NCBI GenBank assembly: GCA_035278885.1
Contig: DATEIR010000127.1
Span: 19,728 to 83,727, forward strand
Reading direction: 5' to 3'
Origin: Gemmatimonadales bacterium
GTDB taxonomy: Bacteria; Gemmatimonadota; Gemmatimonadetes; Gemmatimonadales; GWC2-71-9
Length of the DNA: 64,000 nucleotides
Each line of letters begins with the position of its first letter. The stretch's first letter is position 1. Under the pieces are notes generated by a model, which was not told where the DNA came from, made no database searches, and was given only the letters and a program-made list of their open reading frames with translations. The translations under genes were made by a program, and so were the position numbers. Below, in pieces: positions 37,554-46,851 of the stretch.

Positions 37554-38000
37554 TCAACGCAGCTCCGACGTGCACTGCGGGCATCGGGTCGCGCCGATGG
37601 GAATGGCCATCCGGCAGAAGGGACAGTCCTTCGTGCTCGGCGCCGCGGCCGCCTCGGCCGGCTTGAGCCGGTTGGCCGCCCGCACCAGCAGAAACACCGC
37701 GAACGCGACGATGATGAAGCTCACCACGCTGTTGATGAACACCCCGTAGTTGATCGTCACCGCGCCCGCGGCCTTGGCCTCGGCGAGACTGTGATAGGGG
37801 CCCGGCGCCTTGGCGCCCTCCTTGAGGGTCACCATCAAGCTGGAGAAATCGACGTTGCCCAACGCCAGGCCGATCGGCGGCATGATGACATCGTCCACCA
37901 GCGACTTCACTATCGTGCCGAATGCCCCGCCCATGATGAAGCCCACGGCGAGGTCGAGCACGTTGCCGCGCATGATGAACGCCTTGAATTCCTTGAGCAC
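37554..38000 (-). CDS. mscL: large-conductance mechanosensitive channel
   Basis: [27 protein letters not shown] canonical MscL N-terminus. The GTG start has GGAGG 5 nt upstream. Confidence 0.92.
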   Translation of the reverse strand: MLKEFKAFIMRGNVLDLAVGFIMGGAFGTIVKSLVDDVIMPPIGLALGNVDFSSLMVTLKEGAKAPGPYHSLAEAKAAGAVTINYGVFINSVVSFIIVAFAVFLLVRAANRLKPAEAAAAPSTKDCPFCRMAIPIGATRCPQCTSELR

Positions 38001-38071
38001 GACGCCTCCGGAAGAGGGGAAACGGCAGGCCCGCCCCCACCATATACCATGCGCGCGGGGTCAGCGAAAGG

Positions 38072-39433
38072 TCAGGCGCCGCGGGCCGTGGCTTCGCTCT
38101 GGGGCCCGAGCGGCAGGCGGAGCACCGCGCGAGCGCCGCGGCCGCCCGGCCTCGGCACCAGCGCCAGCGCGCCCCCGTGGGCCTCGGCGATCTGGCGGCA
38201 CAGCACCAGGCCGATGCCCGAGCCGTTCGCCTTGGTGGTGAAGAAGGGGACGAACAGGTTGCCCGAGTCCGGCAGGCCATGCCCCTCGTCGTCCACCGTC
38301 ACCTCGAGCACGCCCGCCACGGTCCGCCAGCCGAGCCGGACGCCGCCGCCGGTCTCCAGCGCGGCGTCCGCCGCGTTGCGCACCAGGTTGATGAGCAGCT
38401 GGTCCAGCTGGTCGCCGTCGGCCGTGACGGTGACCGGCGCCCCTTCGGCGACGCTCACCGCCAGGCGGGTTTCCAGCGCGGCCGCTCGCCGCACCCAGGT
38501 GCCGACATCGACCGGCCCCGGCCTGGGCCGCGGCAGCCGTGCCAGCCGCGCGTAGGACCCCATGAATCGGCCGAGCGCTTCGGCCCGGCCTTCGATCACC
38601 TGCAGACCGGAGCCGAGGTCCTGCTCCCAGTCCACGGGGCGGGTGGGCCGCGCCGCGAGCGCGCGCAGGCTCCCCGCGATCGACTTGATCGGCGCGAGGG
38701 AGTTGTTGATCTCGTGCCCCAGCACCCGCACGATGCGCTGCCAGGCGGAGCGCTCCTCCGCGCGCAGCACGCGGCTCAGGTCGGAGAGGACGAGGAGCTG
38801 GTGCGGCAGGCCGTCCTGACGGAAAATGCCGCTTCGGACCTCCCAGCGGCCCGCGCCACCGGGGAAGGTGGCGTCCAGGGTGCGGGGCGATTCTCCGTCC
38901 AGGACGTGGGCCAGGCCGACGGCATCCGCCGGCCGGCCGAGCAGCCGCTCGGCAGGCTGGCCCAGCAGGCGCTCGCCGCCCCGGTTCACCAGGCGAAGCC
39001 GCCGGCTGCCGTCGAAGGCGAAGACGGCGACGTCGATCTCCTCGATCACCCGCCGGAGGAGCGCGGTGGCCTCGAGCTCGCGGAGCCGCTGGCCCCGGAG
39101 CGTCTCGCTCAGCGCGTTCACCTCGAGCAGCGCCAGGCCGAGGGCGTCGTCCGAGCCGGCGCCGCGGGCACGGATCGAGTAGTCGCCCTCGCGCAGCGCG
39201 GCGAGCAGGTTGGAGATGGTCTGGAGCGGGCGGATGACCCGTTCCCGGAGCAGCGCGGCGCCGACGAGCCACGCGCCGACCGCCACCAGGGAAAAGGTGA
39301 GGCGCACCCGCAGCGGATGATCGCCGGTCCAGAGCAGCCAGCAGGCGACCAGGACGGCTGGCAGACCGGCCAGCAGCGCGCCGGTGAACACCCGCGATTC
39401 GTGGCTCCGGGGGCGGCCCCGGTCAGAGCCCAT
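38072..39433 (-). CDS. sensor histidine kinase (two TM, HAMP, NtrB-type HisKA/HATPase)
   Basis: VLGHEINNSLAPI H-box, NLVRNAADA N-box and GSGIGLVLCRQIAEAHGG G2 box. It overlaps the upstream regulator gene by 11 nt. Confidence 0.88.
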   Translation of the reverse strand: MGSDRGRPRSHESRVFTGALLAGLPAVLVACWLLWTGDHPLRVRLTFSLVAVGAWLVGAALLRERVIRPLQTISNLLAALREGDYSIRARGAGSDDALGLALLEVNALSETLRGQRLRELEATALLRRVIEEIDVAVFAFDGSRRLRLVNRGGERLLGQPAERLLGRPADAVGLAHVLDGESPRTLDATFPGGAGRWEVRSGIFRQDGLPHQLLVLSDLSRVLRAEERSAWQRIVRVLGHEINNSLAPIKSIAGSLRALAARPTRPVDWEQDLGSGLQVIEGRAEALGRFMGSYARLARLPRPRPGPVDVGTWVRRAAALETRLAVSVAEGAPVTVTADGDQLDQLLINLVRNAADAALETGGGVRLGWRTVAGVLEVTVDDEGHGLPDSGNLFVPFFTTKANGSGIGLVLCRQIAEAHGGALALVPRPGGRGARAVLRLPLGPQSEATARGA

Positions 39434-40796
39434 GATGCTGGAGCCGGCGGTAGAGGGCGCTCCGGCTCAAGCCGAGCGCCTTGGCGGCCTGGCTCACGTT
39501 GCCGCCGTGACGCTCGAGTGCCTTGCGGATGAGCACCCGCTCCACCTCCTCCAGCGGCAGATCCTCGAGCCGCGCCGCCGCGCCCGTGGATCCCCGAAGG
39601 CCCAAGTCGGCCGCGCGCAGCCTCGGGCCCGTCGCCATCAGGACCGCCCGCTCCAGGGTGTGGTCGAGCTCACGGACGTTGCCCGGCCACGGGTGGGCCT
39701 CGAGCGCCGAGATCGCCTCGGGCTCGAGCTCCGCGATCGGCTTCCGGTAGCGCGCGGCATAGCGGCGGAGGAAATGCACCGCCAGCGGCCCCAGGTCCTC
39801 GCGCCGGTCGCGCAGCGGGGGCAGACGGATCTCGATGGTATTGAGGCGGAAGAGCAGGTCCTCGCGGAACCGCCCGGCCTCCACCTCGCCGCGCAGGTCG
39901 GCGTTGGTGGCGGAGAGCAGCCGGACATCGACCTTGCGCGCCCTCGACGCGCCCACCCGCTCCACCTCGCCCGTCTCCAGCACCCGGAGGAGCTTGGCCT
40001 GCTGCCGCGGCTGCAGCGTGCCGATCTCGTCCAGCAGCAGCGTTCCGCCCTCGGCCAGCTCGAAGCGGCCGATGCGGTCGGTGCGGGCGTCGGTGAAGGC
40101 GCCCTTTACGTGCCCGAACATCTCGCTTTCGAAGAGGCCTTCGGAGAGCCCGCCGAGGTTGACCGCGACCATCGGCCTGCCCGCCCGGGAGGAGGCGGCG
40201 TGGAGCCAGCGGGCCACCACTTCCTTGCCGGTGCCGTGCTCGCCGGTGATCAGCACGTTGGCGTCCGAGGGCGCCACCCGCTCCATGAGCTGCAGCACCG
40301 GCCGCATCGCGGGCGAGCGGGCGATCAGGTCAGGCGCACCGTCGGCGCGAAGCAGCCGATTTTCACCCTCGAGCCGGCGGCTCTGCCGGAGCGCGCGCCC
40401 CAGCTCGACCTGGGTCCGCAGCGTCGCGAGCAACCGGGCGTTGTCCCACGGCTTCTCGATGAAGTCGCGGGCGCCTCGCCGCATCGCCTCGACCGCCTTC
40501 TCCACGCTTCCCCATGCGGTCATCACCACCGCCGGCAGCGTCGGATCGAGGCCCTGCAGCTCGGAGACTAGCTCCAGCCCCTCGCGGCCGGTGGTGGTGT
40601 CGCGGGCATAGTTGAGGTCGAGCAGCACGGCGTCGAAGTCGTGCGCCTGAACCGCCGCGAGGACGGCCGCCGGCGACGCGGCGGTGTCGATGGCGTAGCC
40701 CTCCCCCTTGAGCAGGAGGCGGAGCGCCTCGCGGACGTCGGGCTGGTCGTCCGCGACGAGCACGTGGGGCGAGCCGGAAGACGAAGGGGTCGGCAA
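39423..40796 (-). CDS. sigma54-dependent response regulator (NtrC family: REC, AAA+, Fis-type HTH)
   Basis: VLVADDQ...DLNY REC domain, GEHGTGKEVVA Walker A, the GAFTDA sigma54-contact motif (GAFTGA variant), and a C-terminal NVSQAAKALGLSRSALYRRL HTH. Confidence 0.9.
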   Translation of the reverse strand: MPTPSSSGSPHVLVADDQPDVREALRLLLKGEGYAIDTAASPAAVLAAVQAHDFDAVLLDLNYARDTTTGREGLELVSELQGLDPTLPAVVMTAWGSVEKAVEAMRRGARDFIEKPWDNARLLATLRTQVELGRALRQSRRLEGENRLLRADGAPDLIARSPAMRPVLQLMERVAPSDANVLITGEHGTGKEVVARWLHAASSRAGRPMVAVNLGGLSEGLFESEMFGHVKGAFTDARTDRIGRFELAEGGTLLLDEIGTLQPRQQAKLLRVLETGEVERVGASRARKVDVRLLSATNADLRGEVEAGRFREDLLFRLNTIEIRLPPLRDRREDLGPLAVHFLRRYAARYRKPIAELEPEAISALEAHPWPGNVRELDHTLERAVLMATGPRLRAADLGLRGSTGAAARLEDLPLEEVERVLIRKALERHGGNVSQAAKALGLSRSALYRRLQHHGL

Positions 40797-40826
40797 CGGG
40801 ATCCTGGCCGGGAGTCGGGCGGTAAT

Positions 40827-41240
40827 CTAACGCCGCAGCTCGCGGCGACGGACCAGCTTGAGCGCCGACCAGACGTCGTCCACCGCGCACACCTTCACGT
40901 CCACGACGCCGTACGGGAGCGCGATGTCGCGAATCCGATCCTCGGTCAGATCGGTGGGGACGCCGGAGGCCCGCTTGGGCCAGCTGATCCAGAGCATGCC
41001 GTCGTCGGCCAGGGCGCCGACGAGGCGGGGGAAGGCGCGCACCAGCTCGGCCTGGCTGGTGGCGAAGCGATGGATGAACCGCTCCGTCCGGCCGAGACGG
41101 GACCGCAGGGTCGCACCGTCGGGCAGTGGGGCGAGCAGCTCCGCGTAGTGCGCCGGCGCGCCCAGGGCCACGACCCGCTCGCCCGGCCGGATGCCGAGCT
41201 TGGCGGCCAGCGCGCGACCCGAGTAGCCGGCGCCGGTCAC
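40827..41240 (-). CDS. DUF3052-like protein
   Basis: LAAKLGIRPGERV...GMLWISWPKRASGVPTDLTED...VVDVKVCAVDDVWSALKLVRR. The GTG at 41240 is 4 nt after the upstream stop. Confidence 0.6.
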   Translation of the reverse strand: MTGAGYSGRALAAKLGIRPGERVVALGAPAHYAELLAPLPDGATLRSRLGRTERFIHRFATSQAELVRAFPRLVGALADDGMLWISWPKRASGVPTDLTEDRIRDIALPYGVVDVKVCAVDDVWSALKLVRRRELRR

Positions 41241-41244
41241 CCGG

Positions 41245-41940
41245 TCAGCCTCGCCGGCCCGCCGCCTCCGCCGGGCTCGGCTCCGAGATCCAGCCATCGT
41301 GCAGGTGGATGGTCCGGTGGCCGTAGGAGGCGTTGCGCTCCGAGTGGGTCACCTGCACGATCGTGGTGCCCTGGCGGTTGAGGCGGGTGAACAGCTCCAT
41401 GATCTCCTCGCCCTGGGCGCTGTGCAGGTTGCCGGTCGGCTCGTCGGCCAGCAGGAGCTTGGGGCCGGCGATCACCGCCCGCGCTACGCCCACCAGCTGC
41501 TGCTGGCCGCCGGAGAGCTGGCTGGGAAAGAGGTCCTTCTTCCCCACCATCTGGAAACGATCCAGCGTCTCGGCCACGATGGAGGCCCGCTCCTTGGGCT
41601 TCACGTCGCGGTAGGAGAGCGGAATCTCCAGGTTTTCGTACACCGTGAGATCGTCGATCAGGTGGTACTTCTGAAAGACGAACCCGATGTGCCGCTTGTT
41701 GAGCTCTACCCGCTTCTTGGGCGGCATGGCGTGGACCGGCTCGCCCAGCAGCCAGTACTCCCCGCTCCAGCTGTGGTCGAGCAGGCCCAGGATCGCGAGC
41801 AGGGTGCTCTTCCCCGCCCCCGACGGCCCCATGATGGTGAGGAACTCGCCCTCGCGGATCTCCAGATTGATCCGGCGGAGCACGTAGGTCCGGGTGGGGC
41901 CGGCCTGATAGAAGCGTTCGACGTCGACGAGTCGGATCAC
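41245..41940 (-). CDS. ABC ATPase, MacB/LolD type (A1)
   Basis: GPSGAGKST Walker A, LSGGQQQLVGVARA signature and [11 protein letters not shown] Walker B. It begins 19 nt after the stop of permease P1. Confidence 0.9.
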   Translation of the reverse strand: MIRLVDVERFYQAGPTRTYVLRRINLEIREGEFLTIMGPSGAGKSTLLAILGLLDHSWSGEYWLLGEPVHAMPPKKRVELNKRHIGFVFQKYHLIDDLTVYENLEIPLSYRDVKPKERASIVAETLDRFQMVGKKDLFPSQLSGGQQQLVGVARAVIAGPKLLLADEPTGNLHSAQGEEIMELFTRLNRQGTTIVQVTHSERNASYGHRTIHLHDGWISEPSPAEAAGRRG

Positions 41941-41959
41941 GAGTCACTCCGAATGGTGG

Positions 41960-44419
41960 TCATTCGCTGCGGAGCGCGAGCGCGGGGTCCACCCGGGTCG
42001 CGCGCCGAGCGGGGAGATAACAGGCCAACAGCGCGACCGAGGCGAGCAGCACCCCGATGCCGAGGAACGTGAGCGGGTCGGCGGGCCGGACCTGGTAGAG
42101 CAATCCGGCGATGAGCCGGCCCAGCACGAGCGAGACGACCAGTCCCAGCGCGAGACTGAGGCCCACCAGCCGCATGCCGCCGAGCACCACGCTGCGCCGG
42201 GTGCGGCGGGGGTCCTCGCCCAGCGCGAGCCGGATGCCGAACTCCCGGGTCCGCTGGGTGACCGAGTAGGAGATGACGCCGAAGATGCCGACGGCCGCGA
42301 GCAGCAGCGCGAGCGCGCCGAGGACGCCCATCAGCACCAGGCTGAAGCGGGCCTGGGCCCGACCCTCCTCGAGGTAGGTCGTGAGCGGCGTGAGGTGGCT
42401 GATGGCGAGATCCTTGTCCATCTCGCCGACCTCGCGCCGCACCTGGCCGGCGAGCCCGATCGGGTCCACCGAGCTCTTCACGGCGAACGAGATGGTGTTG
42501 AGGCCGGCCTGACCGGTCGCGAAGTAAATCTGCGGCAGCGTCGCCCGGGTGAGGTCGTGGATCCGCACGTGCTCCACCACCCCGATCACTTCGGCGAAGG
42601 CATTCGGCGTGCCGGTAGGCTGAATCTGGAGCTGCTTGCCCACCGCGCTCTGGCCCGGCCAGGCGAGCCGCGCGAGGGTCTCGTCGATCATGATCACCGG
42701 CGGCGTACCGATCGAGTCCCGGCTGGTGAAGGTGCGGCCGGCCAGGAGCCGGGTGCCCGTGGCCTGGAACCAGGTCGGCGACACCACCCGGAAGTCGGCG
42801 GTCACGCTCTCGAAGTTGCGGGCGGTCTCCTCGTTGTAGGCGAAGGGCTGGAGCGGGCCGCTCCCGGTGAGCGGGAGCTGCGACGTCTCGCCCACCTGGC
42901 GGACGCCGGGGAGCGCGCGGAGCCGGTCTTCCAGGCGGCGGTAGAACCCCCGCCGGTCGGCGCCCTTGGGGTAGCGGCTCGCCGGCATGGAGAGCTCGAA
43001 GGTGAGCACATCGCTCGCGTCGAACCCCGGCCGCACCTGCTGCAGCGCGACGAAGCTCCGGATCAGCAGGCCGGCGCCTACCAGCAGCACTACCGACAGC
43101 GCGACCTCCGCCACGATCAGCAAGTTGCGCAGACGGCGTCGCGCGGGTCCGCCGACGCCGCCCTTGCCGGTGCCCTGGAGCTGAGTCTGCGGGTCGGCCG
43201 AGGAGACACGTACCGCCGGGACGAGGCCGAAGAGCAGGGTCGTCAGCAGCGAGACCGCCACCGTGAATCCGATCACCGCCCCATCGACGTGCACCTCGGC
43301 GAGGCGGGGAAGGCTTGCCGGATGGAGCAGCCGGAGCACCAGCAGCGCGCTCCAGGCCACGACGAGGCCCAGCAGGCCGCCCGCGGCGGCGATGAGCCCG
43401 CTCTCCACCAGGAGCTGGCGGATGAGGCTCCACCGGCCCGCGCCCAGCGCGGTGCGGAGGGCGAACTCGCCGGAGCGCGCGGTGCCGCGGGCCAGGAGCA
43501 GGTGAGCCACGTTGGCGCAGGCGATGAGCAGCACCAGCGCCACCGCGCCCATCAGCGTGAGCAGCGCGGGACGGGCGTGCTTGACGATGTCCTCCTGCAG
43601 CGGCACCGCGCGGATTCTGGTGTTGGCGGCCTGGTGCTCCGGAAACTCCTGGCGGAACTGCCTGGCGATGTCGGCCATGTCCGCCTGCGCCTGGGCCCAG
43701 GTCACCCCGGGCTTGAGCCGGCCGAACACGGAGAAGAACGTGAGGTTGCGCGGGAGCTGCTGGCTGTAGTCGAACTGCAGCGGCACCCAGAGATCGGCGT
43801 CCACGAACTCGAACGCCTCCGCCGGCAGCAGCAGGTGGAAGTCGCGCGGCAGCACCCCGACCACCTCGTAGCCTTCGCCGTCCACCTGGATAGTGCGCCC
43901 CACGACCGCGGGGTCGGCGCCGTAGCGCCGGCGCCAGAGACCATCCGTCAGCATCACCACGTGCGGCCCGTTGGTGGCCTCCTCTTCCTCGGTGAAACCG
44001 CGGCCCAGCTCCGGCTTCACGCCGAACAGCGGGAAGAAGTTCGCGGTGACCGGCGTGAGGCGGACCCGCTCGGGCTCGCCCTCTCCGGTCAGGTTGCCGC
44101 GGAGCTTCACCGTCTCGGCGCCGGCCCCCGCGGCGAACCCCGCGAACGCGCGGGTGCGCCGCTGGTAGTCGCGGAAGTCCGCCGGAGAGACCGCCGGCAG
44201 CGACTGGGCTCCCTGCCCCAGGTCCACCCAGATGCTGGCCAGCCGCTCCGAGTCCTGATAGGGCAGCGGGCGGAGCAGCACGGCGTTGACCACGGTGAAG
44301 ATCGCGGCGGTGGCGCCGATGCCGAGCGCGAGCGTCGCCACCGCGATGACGGTGAACGCCGGGGTGCGCCGGAGCGCCCGCACCGCGTAGCGGAGGTCGT
44401 GGCCGATTCGGGTCATCAT
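41960..44419 (-). CDS. ADOP-type duplicated MacB/FtsX permease, paralog P1 (819 aa)
   Basis: N-terminus DLRYAVRALRRTPAFT..LALGIGA..IF, two FtsX blocks (IACANVAHLLLARG..., GVISYSVTQRTREFGIRLALG) and two large periplasmic regions. The ATG at 44419 overlaps the P2 stop (ATGA). The listed 1004-aa ORF is an extension. Confidence 0.88.
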   Translation of the reverse strand: MMTRIGHDLRYAVRALRRTPAFTVIAVATLALGIGATAAIFTVVNAVLLRPLPYQDSERLASIWVDLGQGAQSLPAVSPADFRDYQRRTRAFAGFAAGAGAETVKLRGNLTGEGEPERVRLTPVTANFFPLFGVKPELGRGFTEEEEATNGPHVVMLTDGLWRRRYGADPAVVGRTIQVDGEGYEVVGVLPRDFHLLLPAEAFEFVDADLWVPLQFDYSQQLPRNLTFFSVFGRLKPGVTWAQAQADMADIARQFRQEFPEHQAANTRIRAVPLQEDIVKHARPALLTLMGAVALVLLIACANVAHLLLARGTARSGEFALRTALGAGRWSLIRQLLVESGLIAAAGGLLGLVVAWSALLVLRLLHPASLPRLAEVHVDGAVIGFTVAVSLLTTLLFGLVPAVRVSSADPQTQLQGTGKGGVGGPARRRLRNLLIVAEVALSVVLLVGAGLLIRSFVALQQVRPGFDASDVLTFELSMPASRYPKGADRRGFYRRLEDRLRALPGVRQVGETSQLPLTGSGPLQPFAYNEETARNFESVTADFRVVSPTWFQATGTRLLAGRTFTSRDSIGTPPVIMIDETLARLAWPGQSAVGKQLQIQPTGTPNAFAEVIGVVEHVRIHDLTRATLPQIYFATGQAGLNTISFAVKSSVDPIGLAGQVRREVGEMDKDLAISHLTPLTTYLEEGRAQARFSLVLMGVLGALALLLAAVGIFGVISYSVTQRTREFGIRLALGEDPRRTRRSVVLGGMRLVGLSLALGLVVSLVLGRLIAGLLYQVRPADPLTFLGIGVLLASVALLACYLPARRATRVDPALALRSE

Positions 44420-46851
44420 TCGCTCCGGAGCGCGTCCACCGGGTTGACCCGGGTCGCGCGGACGGCGGGAACCAGACAGGCGAGCACGGAAGCGGCGGCC
44501 AGCAGGGCGGCGACGGCGACCAGCACCCGGGGGTCGGTGGGCTGCACGCCATAGAGCAGGCCGACCAGCAGCCGGCCGAGCACCAGCGCGCCCACCAGCC
44601 CGCACCCGATCCCGAGGCCGGCCAGCACCATCCCCTGGCCCAGGACCAGCGCGCGGACGGTGGCGGGGCGCGCGCCGAGCGCGAGCCGGATGCCCAGCTC
44701 GCGGGTCCGCTGGCTCACGGCGTAGGCCATCACGCCGTAGACTCCCACGGCGGCGAGCAGCAGGGCCAGGCCGCCGAAGGCGAGCAGCAGCAGCATGCCG
44801 AACCGCTGCCTGGCGACCGCGCCCGCGATCAGCTCGCTGGCGGGCGACGGCCCCGTGACCGGCTGCTCCGGGTCCACCGAGCGGATCGCCGCCTTGATCG
44901 CGGCGCCCACCGTCTCCAAGTCGCTGTCGCTCCGGACCACGACCGACACCGGCAGCGGCGTGAACACGGTCCACAGGTCGGCCGTGATCTGGGAGAACGG
45001 CACGTAGATCTCGGGCCCGATGTCCGCGGTGAGCCCGCTGGTCTTGACGTTGGCGACGACGCCGACGACCTCCATCCAGTCGGGGTCGTCCTGGCCGTCG
45101 CCGAAGGTGAGTCGGCGCCCGATCGGGTCCTGGTCCGGCCAGGCCATGCGCGCCAATGCCTCGTTCACCACCGCGACGTGCGGCGCACCGGCGCGATCCT
45201 CCGGTGAGAGCAGGCGCCCCCGCCGGGCCGGGATCGAGAGGGCGGCGAAATAGTCGCCCGTCACCATGCGGAAGTTGGCGTATCGCTCCCGGCCCGGCGC
45301 GGCGGGCCCCGCGCCGGCCACGGTGAAGTCGCCGTTCACCTGTCCGTTGCCGAGCGGCAGATAGAAGGTGGCGCCGGCGGCGCGGGTACCACGCACCCGG
45401 CTCACCGCCTCCACGACGCGGGTGAGATACTGATCGTGCCGCGACCGGTCGGGATACTTGCCCGGCGGGATGGTGAGCTCGAACGTGTAGGCGTTTCTGG
45501 GGTCGAAGCCGGGGTCGATCAGCGCGAGGCGCCGTACCGTCACCACCAGCAGCGCGGCACCGGCCAGGAGCACGAGCGCGAGCGAGACCTGCGCCACCAC
45601 CAGGCCGGCGCGGAACCGTCCACCCGAGCGGCCGCCGCTGACTCCGCGGCCTTCACCCCGGAATGCGTCGGCCGGGTCGCTGTGCGACAGGGTGAGCGCG
45701 GGGAAGAGCGCGAAGCCGATTCCCACCACCACCGAGACCACGATCGCGAACGCCAGCGTCGCGTGGTCGATGCCGATCTCGTCCAGCCGGGGGATCCCTC
45801 GTGGCCGGAGCGCCAGGAGCAGATCCACGCCCCAGCTCGCGAGCAGCAGCCCGATCAAGCCGCCGGCGAGCGAGAGCAGCACGCCCTCGACCAGCACCTG
45901 ACGGGCCAGCCGCCAGCGCCCGGCGCCCAGCGCGGAGCGCACGGCCAGCTCGCGCTGGCGCACGGCGGCCCGGGCGAGAAACAGGTTCGCCACGTTGGCG
46001 CAGGCGATGAGCAGGACGAACAGCGCCGCCCCGCCGAGCAGCAGGAGCACCGGCCGTGCGGCCCGCACGGTGTCGGCCGTGAGCGGCTGGATCTCCACGC
46101 CGCGCCCGCCGTTGTCGACCGGGTTTTCCCGTTCGAGCTCGCGCGCCACGGCCGCGAGATCGGCCCGCGCCGCCTCGAGCGACACCCCCGGCGCCAGGCG
46201 GCCCACCACATCGTAACTGTGGCTGCTGCGCTGCGCCGAGCGGGCGAGTCCGTACTCCATGGGCAGCCAGGCTACCGCATTGCCAGGGTAGGTGAATCCC
46301 GGCGGCGCGATGCCGATCACGGTGTACGGCTGGCCGCTCAAGGTGATCGTCCGACCGATGACGCCGGGGTCGGCCGCGTAGCGGGAGCGCCAGAGTCCGT
46401 CGGAGAGCACCGCGACGGTGCCCATGCCCCGATCTTCGCCGTCGGCAAACCCGCGGCCGAGCGCCGGCGGCACCCCCAGGGTCCGGAAGAAGTCGGCGCT
46501 CACCATGGCGGTGAAGACCTGTTCCGGCGGTCCGTCGCCCACCAGCGCCCGGCTGCTCGCCCGCAGCGCCAGCATGCCGCTGAACGAGTGGCTCCGACTC
46601 CGCCAGTCGTTCACATTGGGGCCGGCCACCGATCCGGTCATGCCCTGGCCGAAGGTCTCGCGGATGGCGACCAGGCGATTCGCGTCGGCGAACGGCAGCG
46701 GCCGGAGGAGCACCGCGTTGAGCACGGTGAAGATCGCGGTGTTCGCCCCGATGCCGAGAGCCAGGGTGAGCAGCACGATGAACGTGAAGCCGGGCGCCTT
46801 GGACAGCGAGCGAAGGACGTAGCGCAGGTCGTGCATCAGATCGGCGTTCAT
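44416..46851 (-). CDS. ADOP-type duplicated MacB/FtsX permease, paralog P2 (811 aa)
   Basis: Same architecture. The ATG at 46851 overlaps the P3 stop (ATGA). C-terminus DALRSE. Confidence 0.88.
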   Translation of the reverse strand: MNADLMHDLRYVLRSLSKAPGFTFIVLLTLALGIGANTAIFTVLNAVLLRPLPFADANRLVAIRETFGQGMTGSVAGPNVNDWRSRSHSFSGMLALRASSRALVGDGPPEQVFTAMVSADFFRTLGVPPALGRGFADGEDRGMGTVAVLSDGLWRSRYAADPGVIGRTITLSGQPYTVIGIAPPGFTYPGNAVAWLPMEYGLARSAQRSSHSYDVVGRLAPGVSLEAARADLAAVARELERENPVDNGGRGVEIQPLTADTVRAARPVLLLLGGAALFVLLIACANVANLFLARAAVRQRELAVRSALGAGRWRLARQVLVEGVLLSLAGGLIGLLLASWGVDLLLALRPRGIPRLDEIGIDHATLAFAIVVSVVVGIGFALFPALTLSHSDPADAFRGEGRGVSGGRSGGRFRAGLVVAQVSLALVLLAGAALLVVTVRRLALIDPGFDPRNAYTFELTIPPGKYPDRSRHDQYLTRVVEAVSRVRGTRAAGATFYLPLGNGQVNGDFTVAGAGPAAPGRERYANFRMVTGDYFAALSIPARRGRLLSPEDRAGAPHVAVVNEALARMAWPDQDPIGRRLTFGDGQDDPDWMEVVGVVANVKTSGLTADIGPEIYVPFSQITADLWTVFTPLPVSVVVRSDSDLETVGAAIKAAIRSVDPEQPVTGPSPASELIAGAVARQRFGMLLLLAFGGLALLLAAVGVYGVMAYAVSQRTRELGIRLALGARPATVRALVLGQGMVLAGLGIGCGLVGALVLGRLLVGLLYGVQPTDPRVLVAVAALLAAASVLACLVPAVRATRVNPVDALRSE

